IMG/VR virus record: IMGVR_UViG_2565956641_000003
Span: 700-64,699 of that record
Origin: a virus
Taxonomy: Duplodnaviria; Caudoviricetes
Reading direction: 5' to 3' (one strand)
DNA length: 64,000 nucleotides
The notes beneath the pieces are model-generated. The model was not told the DNA's origin. It did no database searches and saw only the letters and a list, made by a program, of their open reading frames with translations. Shown here in pieces: positions 38,445-49,220 of the stretch; position 1 is the first letter of the stretch; the number at the start of each line of letters is the position of its first letter. The position numbers and the translations under genes were made by a program.

Positions 38445-39581
38445 TTAACCTAAAAGTAGTCCGATATGTCGCGGTGCAATAGCTTTGACACCCCAAGCCA
38501 AACTGACTTCATAGACAACTTGTTTGTATTGGCGATAAACCGCAATTTCAAATGCCAATCCAGTAACAGGATCTACAATTTGCGTACGATCATCTGCACT
38601 ATCTCCGCCCTCAGGTAAAGCAGGAGTACGTGTTGCTAATGCAATTGCTGAACGTGAAAATGCGAGGTTTGGTACATAGTTATTACCCACACTAACTGCA
38701 GCTTTATCAGCTGGAACTAAAGCCAATCCATGATTAAGAATTAAGTTAGATCCTGCTAAACCACCAGACACATATTGAGTGCCATCACCCGCAAATGTCA
38801 CAATATCCCCACCGAGAATTGTTCCAGTCCCAGTGTTTACAGCAATAGACTTATCACCAACTGATGAACTGCCATTTACAAGATAACCATCACCAGTCCC
38901 TTTAGCATGTACACCGACCGCATGCGAGTGGCGAATCGCAAAGTTCATAATACGGTCAGTCATACCATTTCGTAGCATGTCATCACGACCGGCTTCATTG
39001 ACCTTGAATAATCCTGCTTGCTTACCACGCAAATTACCAATTGCTGCATGACCTAAAACTAATTGCAGATCATTACGCGGCGCACCATTATTTTCCAAGA
39101 TACCTAATGTGCCAGCAAAATCAGTCATATCAGCTGCAGTGCTGAACGGCGTTTGTCCTGCGGTACCATAAGCAATTGATGCATTTTTATAAGCTTCTAG
39201 CCAACAGTCCCGTTCGATTTCATTTACCAGAGTTCGCATAGCTTGAGCAAAACGATCGGTTTGAATTGCAGCAAAGGTACCTGCATTTTGTAGTGAACGA
39301 GTTTCTTCACCATTCCAGCGGATCGGTACATTTCGTGACTTGGTAATTTTAGCCACGATGTTGTCTACCGTACCATCACCTGCGTCTGGTGCATGTACAC
39401 CGGGTTTAGTATCTTGTGCTTCTGCAACGGTTGTTACTGGAATTTTTACATCATCACCAACTGCAGCACGTTCAATACCAGTATCACGTGTAACTGCAGG
39501 AATAAATCCAGTAATCTCACGAGAAACAATATCGAGTGCTGCATATAGCGTTGGCAATAAGCCATTTAAATTATTAGACAT
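38445..39581 (-). CDS. Major capsid protein (P22 coat-like)
   Basis: Size and position; insertion domain GDIVTFAG; AWGVKAI.P end. Confidence 0.88.
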   Translation of the reverse strand: MSNNLNGLLPTLYAALDIVSREITGFIPAVTRDTGIERAAVGDDVKIPVTTVAEAQDTKPGVHAPDAGDGTVDNIVAKITKSRNVPIRWNGEETRSLQNAGTFAAIQTDRFAQAMRTLVNEIERDCWLEAYKNASIAYGTAGQTPFSTAADMTDFAGTLGILENNGAPRNDLQLVLGHAAIGNLRGKQAGLFKVNEAGRDDMLRNGMTDRIMNFAIRHSHAVGVHAKGTGDGYLVNGSSSVGDKSIAVNTGTGTILGGDIVTFAGDGTQYVSGGLAGSNLILNHGLALVPADKAAVSVGNNYVPNLAFSRSAIALATRTPALPEGGDSADDRTQIVDPVTGLAFEIAVYRQYKQVVYEVSLAWGVKAIAPRHIGLLLG

Positions 39582-39597
39582 TCACTAGTCTCCAAAA

Positions 39598-40374
39598 TTA
39601 ATTTTCTGTAATTTGTCCGCCATCTTTCATGAATGCTTGTTTTTCTGGTGGTGCTAACTGTTCAAAACTTTGACGTGACATCGCTTTGCCACCCCCTTGT
39701 CCGCCTTGACCTGAAAAACCACCACCACCTGCTTGTGAACCTTTTAGAATAGAATCTTTATGTTGGTATCCACCGATTAAGATTTCTAAAGCTTCATCAA
39801 ACGCAGCTTCATCACCATGATTTGTGCGGGAATAGATTTTTTGACCTTTACTGTCATATGCGATAGGTTTGCCATCTTCGACCTTGAAGTTTTGACCAAA
39901 CATGGCTTGAACCATATCGACAGGAACAGCGACTTTTTCTTGGATAAACTTAGAACGAGCAAATCCACCACCGATCAATTCATTATGTAATTGCTGTTGA
40001 AATGCATCACGTTCAGATGTTATTTGACCAAGTTGTGTTTCATAAGTTTGTTTCACAGAATCAATTGCTTCAGTTCGTACCCGTTCTGCTTCTCCTGCAT
40101 CAATCAACTTTTTATCATCAAAGTTTTTGATGGTATTTAGAGCATTTCGGGCTTTTTCAGCATCTAAACCTTCAAATGTTTTTAAACTTGCTTCCGCTTG
40201 TTCTTTAGCAATTCGATGATTTTTGGCTTCTGATCCGAGTTCATTAATTTTTGCAATCGCATGTGGTGCATCAAAGGCAATCTCTGTTCCATCTTCATGG
40301 AGGTATAAAGGTTTACCTTCTTCATTCACTTCTGCGTAGGTCTTATTTTCGATTTGAATCGTTTTAAGTTTCAT
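39598..40374 (-). CDS. Head scaffolding protein
   Basis: Coiled coil, Gly-rich linker, MSRQSFEQL...GG end. Confidence 0.8.
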   Translation of the reverse strand: MKLKTIQIENKTYAEVNEEGKPLYLHEDGTEIAFDAPHAIAKINELGSEAKNHRIAKEQAEASLKTFEGLDAEKARNALNTIKNFDDKKLIDAGEAERVRTEAIDSVKQTYETQLGQITSERDAFQQQLHNELIGGGFARSKFIQEKVAVPVDMVQAMFGQNFKVEDGKPIAYDSKGQKIYSRTNHGDEAAFDEALEILIGGYQHKDSILKGSQAGGGGFSGQGGQGGGKAMSRQSFEQLAPPEKQAFMKDGGQITEN

Positions 40375-40482
40375 AGGTTTCCACCATTTTTAATTAAGCT
40401 TCCGCTCGTTTCACCAATCGTTTCCACTTTTGGCAGGCAATAAAAAAGCACCCATTTGGGTGCTTGTATTAAAATGAATATG

Positions 40483-40692
40483 CTATTGGGTTTCTTGAGG
40501 ACCAAACTCTTTTTCACAAAGTTCTTTAAGATCATTCCAATATTTAACAGCATTCGGACCATCAAAAGTAAGATATTCTTGTCCTGAGGCTTCTACATCT
40601 TCACTTCTAATGATCTGATCTTCTGAAATATTAAATTTTTCTTGAAGTCGTTTAATAGTTCTTTCTCTATCCAGCTTTAACTCGTCATTCAT
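40483..40692 (-). CDS. 69-aa acidic protein, possible immunity partner of the MuF C-terminal domain
   Basis: TAATG coupling to MuF; terminator follows. Confidence 0.6.
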   Translation of the reverse strand: MNDELKLDRERTIKRLQEKFNISEDQIIRSEDVEASGQEYLTFDGPNAVKYWNDLKELCEKEFGPQETQ

Positions 40693-42383
40693 TAGCTCAT
40701 CTCTCGTGAATAATTAAGATTAAGCCGTTTAGCTACCATTAGCCATAATTGATGCTCTAGCTCATGTTGGGCAAATCTTATATTGATGAAATCAGTATTA
40801 ATCATATTCCTAGTTATGTCTAGAGCCTTCGGTTTCAACTCATCAACAGTATTTTGAATTTCCTTAGCAGACGGCCAGATGTTAGTTTCTTTACTACTAG
40901 ATATTGCAAATCTCATGTTCTTTGTCACAACCCTGACTTCTGCTAGATTCAATTCAGCCGCAGTCAAAATATCCTCAATTGAGAAGTTTGATCCTTTAGG
41001 ATGGTTATGTGTGAATGTTGAGTGAGCTACCTTACTCCAAAAATCTGATGAAACTGACACCTTATCAGTATCTCCAGCTATCATCTTAATAATTTTGCCA
41101 TCTTGCGAAATGAATGCACCATATTCCGTATTTTCACTGCGTATGTCATTTTCATATGCAACAGCTTTCTTTCTCGCAGGCGTTGAAACATCAGGCTTTT
41201 GTGTTTTGTTAGGTAAATCATAAAAGCTTGGTTCATTTTGTGGCTGTTTAAAACTCTTGCCAGTTTTTGAAAGTTTGAACACTGACTCAAAGCCTTTTTC
41301 ATCCACCTTACGTAACTCATCTAAAGTGAATTTTCGACCAGACAATGGATCAACAAACTTATCAATTGGAAATCCACCCTCTTTATAGAGCTTGTATTTA
41401 ACAGGACCTAACCATTCTTTTTGAAAAGACTCATCTTGCCGATCAAACCAATCTTTATAGGTCGTATTCGCATCAACATGTCCAATCTTTCCATCTCGCT
41501 GATCTTTTGGAATATCCTTTACAGGACGGTTATCCGCAACAAATGGTCTTGTACCATCTAATTTTCCATCTTTGTCACATCCGACTTGAACAGTTCTACA
41601 TCGATGGTGATAAGGCGGTTTTTCATGACCAATACCAATCAATTGAACACGCCCATCTTTTACAGCACACCCAAAACTTGTTCGACCATCTAAGGTAGCA
41701 ACATCTCTTGTATATTCAAATCCTAAAGCTGACCACGTCTGCAAATAGACGTCATTACTTAAATGTGCTCGAGCTGTTCGTACTTCAGCATCAATTACAT
41801 TCCGAGTTTGATTCAACAAACCATCAGCATAATTACGCGCTTTGGTTCCTTTAATACGCTGAATAATTTCCTGATTTGTTTGCCCATTTGAAACACCATC
41901 ACGAATAACATATTCAGCTTTTTTTCGAACACTTTCAGCGACATTCGGAAAGATATAATCTAATAGTTGACCACCAGCATAAGGTGTTTTCTTTGCCTTA
42001 TTCAGCAGAGTTTTCCCACTTATTACTGGAGCTTTTTTATTTGCCAACTTATAGATATATGCTGATTCATAAGAAGCCAAAGCAATCATCGAAATATCAA
42101 GAATTTCAGGAAGAATAGTAGAGATTGACTGTTGCCAATTCGTCATTACTCCCTGAATTTCTTTTAAAGATGCTGTTGTATATTTTCCACTCGTTAAAGT
42201 CGTTTTTTCAGCTTCATTTAAATCATCCAACAAATCACGGAGTTGTTTTAGCATCTCCAATGATAAGTCATCAAAATGATTTAAAATTTCATGAATAGAG
42301 CTTGAGGATAGGCGTTGAAGATAAGAATTATGCTGATTTAAGGCATCAATTATTGCTTGTTGTACCTCTAGATCGTTCATCAT
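40692..42383 (-). CDS. MuF/SPP1 gp7 minor head protein with C-terminal JAB/MPN-like extension
   Basis: ATLDGRTS..C, PPYHHRCRT; extension with E...THNHP....FS.ED. Confidence 0.85.
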   Translation of the reverse strand: MMNDLEVQQAIIDALNQHNSYLQRLSSSSIHEILNHFDDLSLEMLKQLRDLLDDLNEAEKTTLTSGKYTTASLKEIQGVMTNWQQSISTILPEILDISMIALASYESAYIYKLANKKAPVISGKTLLNKAKKTPYAGGQLLDYIFPNVAESVRKKAEYVIRDGVSNGQTNQEIIQRIKGTKARNYADGLLNQTRNVIDAEVRTARAHLSNDVYLQTWSALGFEYTRDVATLDGRTSFGCAVKDGRVQLIGIGHEKPPYHHRCRTVQVGCDKDGKLDGTRPFVADNRPVKDIPKDQRDGKIGHVDANTTYKDWFDRQDESFQKEWLGPVKYKLYKEGGFPIDKFVDPLSGRKFTLDELRKVDEKGFESVFKLSKTGKSFKQPQNEPSFYDLPNKTQKPDVSTPARKKAVAYENDIRSENTEYGAFISQDGKIIKMIAGDTDKVSVSSDFWSKVAHSTFTHNHPKGSNFSIEDILTAAELNLAEVRVVTKNMRFAISSSKETNIWPSAKEIQNTVDELKPKALDITRNMINTDFINIRFAQHELEHQLWLMVAKRLNLNYSREMS

Positions 42384-43821
42384 CTACACCTTGATATGGC
42401 TGATAGCCACCTAATGGCTTACTCATCCGATATTCTTCAATCTTCTTCTCAATTTCTTCCCACTTTGCATCTGAGAATGTTCCAGTTTGCTCATACTGAT
42501 AAAGAATTTCAGGAGGCAAAAGATCACCTTGGACCATCTCTAAAATCAGTTTTGAACGTTCAACATTGTATTTTTGCTTATTAAAATCTTGAGAAATGAC
42601 ATAAGTCAGTTCATCAGGCTTTAAATCGTGATCAGGCAAGGCAAACTTTGCACACCAACGTAACGCCATTTGTAATGCTTCGCTGATATTAGATACTGCT
42701 AATGAAACAACTGAATGCTGTATAGAGTCCTCATTATCTGCTTGTGTCGCAGTTTTATTAGCAGAACCTACCTCAATTAGGCGAGCACCCATTTCTTTCA
42801 TTTGTAGCCATTTATCAGTCATTAATTGCTTGGCTAAGTTGTTTTCACTCGCTTGAGCAATCTCAACCTTAGTTGGAAAACCATTCCGAGCGCCAATCGC
42901 TAACTTATCCTTTTTAATGATTTCATATTGATCAGGAGTGATATTTGGCATTGATACAATCGGTTGACCCACAATAAATCCTGATTCTTCCACATCTGCA
43001 GAATTACGATAATGAGCAAGATTTAGATCAGCCAATTCAAGCAACGGCGGATTATTAATTTCGTCTGTATTATCGATCGCACCACAAAATGTAAATGGAA
43101 TATAGTTCCAATGCTTACCGTGATAATCTGTAGGATAGTAAAGCGGTCCAGCTTCAAAAATTTGTTTTTCATTCCGCTCATAAAGCTGTACGGAATAAAC
43201 AAAATCATCCTGACCTTTCTGTAATCTCAAAACGCGGTACTGAGTATCACTCGTACGACCAAATCCATCATCATCAAGCTTTGATATATTTTCTTCAATC
43301 ACGACCAAAGATAGTTTTTTCTGATTTCCCACAACAATGAAATCCCAATTAATAACAGATTGAGCTTTCAATGTATGAATCATTGGAAATGCATTCTTTT
43401 GCTTATCTTCTGCCCGATTTCGACTAGGCTCAACTTGTGGAAAATCGACATACACACCACAACGATAATGCTTAAAAATCAATCGCAGCATTTGTTGGGA
43501 GCTTTGATAAATAGACCGTCCTGCACCATCCGCATTTCGCTCTAAATACTCAAGCTCATCTGGTCTTTTAAAATCAGGCAATTTATTAAATGCTGAACCA
43601 ATATGACTAATCAAAGTCCGACCAGTCGCACCATAGAAAACCGCTCGATCCAAATACTCCTTATAACGGTCCTCATCCCCATCACCGAAAGTGACAGGCA
43701 CTGGTAAATATGTTTTACCTTTTTTCTTTATTGCGTCCTGTCCATCACAAACATCATCAACTTTATTCCAGGTATCAATGTTTTTAATATATTCAGGATG
43801 CTTTGAAGTTACACCTGTCAT
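42346..43821 (-). CDS. Portal protein (DUF4055-like)
   Basis: YLDRAVFY, LNLAHYRNSAD and GARL motifs; follows TerL. Confidence 0.88.
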   Translation of the reverse strand: MTGVTSKHPEYIKNIDTWNKVDDVCDGQDAIKKKGKTYLPVPVTFGDGDEDRYKEYLDRAVFYGATGRTLISHIGSAFNKLPDFKRPDELEYLERNADGAGRSIYQSSQQMLRLIFKHYRCGVYVDFPQVEPSRNRAEDKQKNAFPMIHTLKAQSVINWDFIVVGNQKKLSLVVIEENISKLDDDGFGRTSDTQYRVLRLQKGQDDFVYSVQLYERNEKQIFEAGPLYYPTDYHGKHWNYIPFTFCGAIDNTDEINNPPLLELADLNLAHYRNSADVEESGFIVGQPIVSMPNITPDQYEIIKKDKLAIGARNGFPTKVEIAQASENNLAKQLMTDKWLQMKEMGARLIEVGSANKTATQADNEDSIQHSVVSLAVSNISEALQMALRWCAKFALPDHDLKPDELTYVISQDFNKQKYNVERSKLILEMVQGDLLPPEILYQYEQTGTFSDAKWEEIEKKIEEYRMSKPLGGYQPYQGVDDERSRGTTSNN

Positions 43822-45320
43822 CTTCTTCTTCCAAAAATTGGTATATCAAGGGTTGTTACTGGTTTTGCCTTATTCATTGCTATAGCAAAATAACGGAATG
43901 CATCAGCACCATGTGACGTATGATCATGCAATGGCTTGTCTTTCCAACATCCTTTTTTGTCATCCCACTCTTTACGATAGTTTTCTAAATTGGAAATACC
44001 TTGTTCACACTTGATCTCATCAAAAGCGCATTTAGGTAAAATCTCACGAACTTGTTCAATACCATCATCCACAGCAGTGCGAGGCAATACGTTGAATTTT
44101 ATTGAATAGACTTGACCATCAATTTCATATCCCTCTTTTGCTAATTCAACTCGTGATTTTGCATCCGAGCCAAACTCTTTGTTTGCCATGTCGTGAGGTC
44201 CATAATGACCGCGAGAATCATAGTTATAGCCTTTCTGCTTTAGAACAGTCATGTAGTGACGTAGACCTTCACCACTGTTCTCGTAGTAATCAATGAAATG
44301 AAATTGTTCACCAACAAGCCTACAAAACCAGATTGCAGTTGAATCACCAACACCAATATCCCAAAACGTATAAACCAATTGGTGAGAATTATCAGGTAAC
44401 TCACCAATCCGACCATTTGCATATAAGAATTTGAATTGTTTCTTGTAGTACGCACCTTCAACTGATTGCTGAAATGCCTCAGATGGAATGCTTGGATATT
44501 CACGCTTGATGTCGTCACCAAGCGTTTTCTCTTTTTGCCAATACCACTGTTGTTGCTCGGGAGTGGTATGGATGTTGTATTTAGCTTTGAGCTCAGAGAA
44601 ATAGTCTTTTAAACGCTGCGGTAATTCACCTGCAACCTGCAAAGCATATTCAGCATTTTTCCACCAGGAGAAAAAGAAGAATTTCCAATCTAAGATTCCT
44701 AAAGTTCTGCCTTGTAATTGAAGGTTTTCAGCTTCTTGGCAGTAATCATAAAAATAACCAGCCTTGCCCTCAGCAGTTGATTCTAGTGTTATTTTTCCAT
44801 CAACACTCACTGCCTCAAAAGCACCAGTGACAATTTCACGTGCTTTATCTGGATATTTGGCACAAATTTTACCAAACTCAGAAATATGCAGACGTTTTAG
44901 AGTACCGCCACGAAATGAAGTACTTACTGTAACTGAACCGCCCTTTTTAAAGACCAATTCTTCTTTTGTTTCAATAAGAAGTGGATTAGCGGCTCTTAAA
45001 GGGTGAGGTAATTTCTCATAAGCATATTTAACTTTCTCACGAAACAAGCGCTTAGCATCATGTAAGGTATGTGCAATTAATGCGCATTTATCAGACATAA
45101 ATAAAGCAGCATCTAATTGAATAATACAAACTTCTGTTGTAAATCCAAGCTGCCTTGCTTTTAAGATAATGTTTCTTGACCACTCATTTTCAAAGTATTC
45201 AAGTTGCTCAAGAGTCATCTTGAATTTGACTTGTTTACCTTTTTTATCGGTGATGTAGTATAGATTGTTTAATCGCCAGTGCTGATCAACAAGTTTTGCT
45301 CTATGCTCAGGTTTAAGCAT
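43818..45320 (-). CDS. terL: Terminase large subunit
   Basis: LKARQLGFTT, LHISE, LESTAEG, WDIG and SHGADAFRY motifs. Confidence 0.95.
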   Translation of the reverse strand: MLKPEHRAKLVDQHWRLNNLYYITDKKGKQVKFKMTLEQLEYFENEWSRNIILKARQLGFTTEVCIIQLDAALFMSDKCALIAHTLHDAKRLFREKVKYAYEKLPHPLRAANPLLIETKEELVFKKGGSVTVSTSFRGGTLKRLHISEFGKICAKYPDKAREIVTGAFEAVSVDGKITLESTAEGKAGYFYDYCQEAENLQLQGRTLGILDWKFFFFSWWKNAEYALQVAGELPQRLKDYFSELKAKYNIHTTPEQQQWYWQKEKTLGDDIKREYPSIPSEAFQQSVEGAYYKKQFKFLYANGRIGELPDNSHQLVYTFWDIGVGDSTAIWFCRLVGEQFHFIDYYENSGEGLRHYMTVLKQKGYNYDSRGHYGPHDMANKEFGSDAKSRVELAKEGYEIDGQVYSIKFNVLPRTAVDDGIEQVREILPKCAFDEIKCEQGISNLENYRKEWDDKKGCWKDKPLHDHTSHGADAFRYFAIAMNKAKPVTTLDIPIFGRRR

Positions 45321-45332
45321 ATGCCCTCCTTA

Positions 45333-45752
45333 TTAATCCCCTTTGCTAAGTTCATCCATCAGATCTGAAAGAGATTCAATTTCAATAGTACCTGAGTGTT
45401 CAATTTTCCCTGCAAACATTCCAAGATGTTTTCCTAACATTTCAATAGCTTTATTCGCAGCTGCACGATTTGGTTCTGCACCACTCATGCATGCTTCCAA
45501 GTTATCTTTTAATTTGCTTAAAACATAAAATGAATCAATGCCCAACTCTTCAGCACGTTCATCTTGAAGAAACTTAATGCGTGTTTGAACATCTTCACGA
45601 TGCATTGCACGCCAAGCATTTGACTTGTCAGTATAGCCTGCCATATCACCTGCTTTTTTCTTGCTTCCAGTGATAATGAAAGCTTGGGCAAGTTCTTCAT
45701 GTTGATGATTAGCTAACGGCTCACTCCCTTTCGGAAGCTCTATATCTTCCAT
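45333..45752 (-). CDS. terS: Terminase small subunit
   Basis: A...AGY HTH, KAIEMLGKHLGMF. Confidence 0.88.
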   Translation of the reverse strand: MEDIELPKGSEPLANHQHEELAQAFIITGSKKKAGDMAGYTDKSNAWRAMHREDVQTRIKFLQDERAEELGIDSFYVLSKLKDNLEACMSGAEPNRAAANKAIEMLGKHLGMFAGKIEHSGTIEIESLSDLMDELSKGD

Positions 45753-45991
45753 AAAGGAATCTCCTAATTGATTAACTTCAATTCAAAACTTATAATTTAT
45801 AATGCAGGAGCAAGGACTTCCCGATGGTTGTATTTATACTTCACAGGGTTCCTGCCGTTAGGTAAGTTTTTGAACTCCTATTGACAGAAGCAGTAACCAG
45901 CCTGTAGTCAATCGAAAGAACGAAGGACGCCACCCGAAAAGAATCACTGTGATATACGCTGAATTATCAGGAGACTTTCCCTTGGGAGATT

Positions 45992-46846
45992 CTAGGCAGC
46001 CAACTTATAAAAGTCTTCGGCCATTTGATTTGGTGTCTTAAAACCCAAACCCTTTTGAATTCTTCGATGATTATAAAATAATTCAATGTATTTTATAATA
46101 TCTGCTTTGGCTTCTTCTCTGGTTTGATAGTTGTAATGATGCACTAACTCATTTTTCAGTATTCCCCAAAAGCTTTCAATCGGTGCATTATCGTAACAGT
46201 CTCCGCGCTTGCTCATTGAACCTTGAAAACCATATTGCTCAAGTATATTTCGATATTCATGGCTGCAATATTGACTTCCTCTGTCTGAATGCACAATCAG
46301 TTCTTTGGTTGGTTTTTGATTGTGAATAGCCATATTTAGCGCATTACAAACAAGCTGTGCTGTCATGCGCTCATTTAAGCTATAGCCAACCACTTGCTTC
46401 GTGTAAAGGTCTTTTACCGCTGCTAAGTACAGCCATCCTTCAACAGTCCATATGTACGTAATATCACTTGACCATGCTTGATTTGGTCTAGTCATTGAGA
46501 ATTGTTGCTCCAGCAGGTTTTCATAGATCGCTCGATTATGGTCACTATTCGTAGTCCTTTTAAAACGCTTGTGTCGCTTACAATACAGGTGGTTCAGCGC
46601 TTTTATCTGACGTACAGCGTACATACTCATTTTTATGCCCTGAGCTTGTAAGTATTTGGTTAATCGAATATAACCATAGCTCTGCCTTGTCTCCTCATGG
46701 GCTATTTTCACCAATATCGTCTGTTGATTTCGTTGAATCGTTCTTTTGCTCACGCCTCTCTTGAGCCAATCATAAAAACATGAAACTGAAACATGAAGTA
46801 ATCGAGCCATTAAGGTAATTGGAAAAGAATATCTTTTTTGTTTCAT
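45992..46846 (-). CDS. IS3 transposase OrfB (DDE)
   Basis: WSSDITY, HSDRGSQY and DNAPIESF motifs. Confidence 0.95.
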   Translation of the reverse strand: MKQKRYSFPITLMARLLHVSVSCFYDWLKRGVSKRTIQRNQQTILVKIAHEETRQSYGYIRLTKYLQAQGIKMSMYAVRQIKALNHLYCKRHKRFKRTTNSDHNRAIYENLLEQQFSMTRPNQAWSSDITYIWTVEGWLYLAAVKDLYTKQVVGYSLNERMTAQLVCNALNMAIHNQKPTKELIVHSDRGSQYCSHEYRNILEQYGFQGSMSKRGDCYDNAPIESFWGILKNELVHHYNYQTREEAKADIIKYIELFYNHRRIQKGLGFKTPNQMAEDFYKLAA

Positions 46847-46857
46847 ATAGGCGTACC

Positions 46858-47157
46858 TTACTGACTTTCTTTGGCAAAGTACGCTGCTGCCTTTTTTAAA
46901 AATTCACGTTCCATTTCAGCTATTTTGAGCTGTTGTTTGAGTTTTTTATTTTCTTCGAGTAGAGCGTTTAGATCAGGTGAATACTGTTTTGTACCTGCTA
47001 AAGTTCCAGCCTTTGCTTTGGTATTCCAATTTGAAAGAGTTTGCATTGAAATGCTAAGTTGTCTAGCTGTTTCCGAGACATTGCCTTGATTGGCTTCAAT
47101 TAATTTGATGGCTTCAGCTTTAAATTCTGTGGTGTAAGTCTTGTGTTTCTTGCTCAT
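46858..47157 (-). CDS. IS3 transposase OrfA
   Basis: YTTEFKAEA, EREFLKKAAAYFAKE. Confidence 0.95.
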   Translation of the reverse strand: MSKKHKTYTTEFKAEAIKLIEANQGNVSETARQLSISMQTLSNWNTKAKAGTLAGTKQYSPDLNALLEENKKLKQQLKIAEMEREFLKKAAAYFAKESQ

Positions 47158-47328
47158 GGTAAACTCCTGATGAGTGTGTTTAGTTTACCAAGTTAAAACC
47201 TCCTGTTTTTTCAGCACACATCACTGTAGCAGTGAAGTCTTTATTAGAAGCCCATAAATTGGGCTTTTATTTTTCCGAATTATTTTCTTCACCTAATAAA
47301 AATCTCTAGATGGATGCAATTGAATATT

Positions 47329-48126
47329 TTAATTTATTTTATCTTTTAAATATTCTTTGAATTGATTATGCTCTAAATCATATTCATGTAAGTCAAATTT
47401 ATATTGATCAATCACACCTAAATCTAAACGCATTAAATTCATTAAATTTATTAATATTGGTCTTAAAGGTTTCAAACTATCAATCATTTCCATCATCAAC
47501 TTTTTTTTGTACTCATCAATTTTATTTATATTTTCTAGAAAATCTTCGTTCATTTTCTCAATTTTGATTTGAGTATTAACCATTTCCTTATGAAATATTT
47601 CAAGTTTATTTATTTTTAATGATAAGTCCAGTTCAGTAATTTTAACTTCGTTGGAAAGTGAACTAAATGAATCAAACTCTTTTTGATATCTTTGTGTAAA
47701 TTTATCTAAATTATCATTTTCATATTCAAGCATTATAATTTCTTTTAAACCAAAATTTAAATCAAACATAACTTTAGTGAATAAAGAGTTTAACTTATCA
47801 GCCTCATAACTTATTTCATTACTTGAAATAAGTTGTAACTTCCTTATTTGAGTATTTAATCTATTTATGAGATTATTTTCTGATCTTGATTGTCTATCAT
47901 TTATGCATTTAAATATAAAAGTATTTAATAAATAGATATCCTCAGCTAACCCGAGATATACTTCCTTTCTTAACTCTAATTTTGTTTTTTTCTCATTCTC
48001 TTCCGCCTCAAATTTATGCCTCTTTTCAATGGCTTTAATATTAAAATAATTAGTAATTGCTACCCCAATTAAAGTAGAAGATCCTGTAACAATAGCAATA
48101 CCTAAAGCAATCCATTGTTGTTCCAT
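47329..48126 (-). CDS. Very AT-rich moron, N-terminal TM plus coiled coil
   Basis: GAGGGG RBS; hydrophobic N-terminus. Confidence 0.7.
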   Translation of the reverse strand: MEQQWIALGIAIVTGSSTLIGVAITNYFNIKAIEKRHKFEAEENEKKTKLELRKEVYLGLAEDIYLLNTFIFKCINDRQSRSENNLINRLNTQIRKLQLISSNEISYEADKLNSLFTKVMFDLNFGLKEIIMLEYENDNLDKFTQRYQKEFDSFSSLSNEVKITELDLSLKINKLEIFHKEMVNTQIKIEKMNEDFLENINKIDEYKKKLMMEMIDSLKPLRPILINLMNLMRLDLGVIDQYKFDLHEYDLEHNQFKEYLKDKIN

Positions 48127-48242
48127 TACTTTAACCCCTCAATAATTGATAAATTATTGCTTTTTATATGAAAGCATTGAAACCCAAGGTTATATTTTTT
48201 TTAATTTTTTGCAAATTATTTTTTAATATTTTATATTTAAAA

Positions 48243-48425
48243 TCAATTATTAGCAAATTTTAAGCTATTTTCAATATTCTTCACATACTCATTAATCTTC
48301 TTCACTCTCATTTCACACTGATTCTTAAATGCCCAAGTGGAATTGAGATGATTCAGTGAGAGTAAGCGTGCTTTGTCTTGTTCGAGTAGCTTTAGATTCT
48401 TCTGTGCTTCAACTCTATTCATCAA
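48243..48425 (-). CDS. Small hypothetical phage protein
   Basis: 60-aa helical ORF. Confidence 0.55.
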   Translation of the reverse strand: MMNRVEAQKNLKLLEQDKARLLSLNHLNSTWAFKNQCEMRVKKINEYVKNIENSLKFANN

Positions 48426-48471
48426 ACTTTTCTCTAGGCATTAAAAAACCCCTCTGAAGGGGCTTTATTAT

Positions 48472-48681
48472 TTACTCATTCTCAATTTCTGTTTTTAACT
48501 CAGCAATGAGATTGTTATAGTATTCAATTTCCTTAATAGTTCTTTCTCTGTCATGCTCAATAAAAATTAAAGCTTGACCCTCATATTGATCAAGATTTAT
48601 AGCTAATAATTTTTTAGTAGTTCTCTCTCTTAGATCTTTATAAAACTCTAATGTCTCGTGTAGATATTCAGCTCTAGTCAT
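48472..48681 (-). CDS. Small hypothetical protein
   Basis: 69-aa ORF followed by terminator. Confidence 0.55.
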   Translation of the reverse strand: MTRAEYLHETLEFYKDLRERTTKKLLAINLDQYEGQALIFIEHDRERTIKEIEYYNNLIAELKTEIENE

Positions 48682-48851
48682 GAAGTATTCACTTTAAATT
48701 TAAATTAAAACAATGATTATACATATATTTTATTAATTTTGAATCTAAACTGCTCTAACCTTCCCACACTTCCGACACTCTCTCACCGTAAAGAAATTCG
48801 AATATTCCCAAACGTGGCGGTAGAAGATTTGTTTGATTCGAATTTTAGAAT

Positions 48852-49220
48852 TTAAATCAATCCATCAAAAAGATCGCCATTTAAGCAATTATTCAAAATT
48901 CTTTGTTTGAATCCATTAATTGTTATTTCTTTCTCAAAATTCGTTTCTTTGATATTTTCACTATGGACTTCAGTTAATAACTTATTAATTACTATTACGA
49001 ACCTTGATTTCGAATCCTCAGAACTTTTCGGATATATTTCGAGGAATTTTTGGAGAAATTGTTTTTCAGTTTCGAGTGTCACACCTGCCAGTCTTCTCTC
49101 CATAATTTTTTTGGCTTGAATACTTATACGCTCACAATCAGATTGAGCACTAGGGGTATCTGTGTAAGCTATACAACTATTAGAAGCCATAATAAAAATT
49201 AGTAATAAATATTTTTTCAT
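48852..49220 (-). CDS. Exported helical protein (moron)
   Basis: Signal peptide; Cys near both ends of the mature part. Confidence 0.7.
   Translation of the reverse strand: MKKYLLLIFIMASNSCIAYTDTPSAQSDCERISIQAKKIMERRLAGVTLETEKQFLQKFLEIYPKSSEDSKSRFVIVINKLLTEVHSENIKETNFEKEITINGFKQRILNNCLNGDLFDGLI

Larger units (their letters stand above)
45950..47223 (-). mobile_element. IS3-family insertion sequence, 1274 bp, CTG target duplication
   Basis: Imperfect IRs TGATATACGCTGAATTATCAGGAG / TGATGTGTGCTGAAAAAACAGGAG; CTG at 45947-45949 and 47224-47226. Confidence 0.93.

Noticed and set aside
45800-45949. tRNA gene
   Set aside because: No cloverleaf or T-loop GTTCRA consensus; kept only as a possible structured leader.
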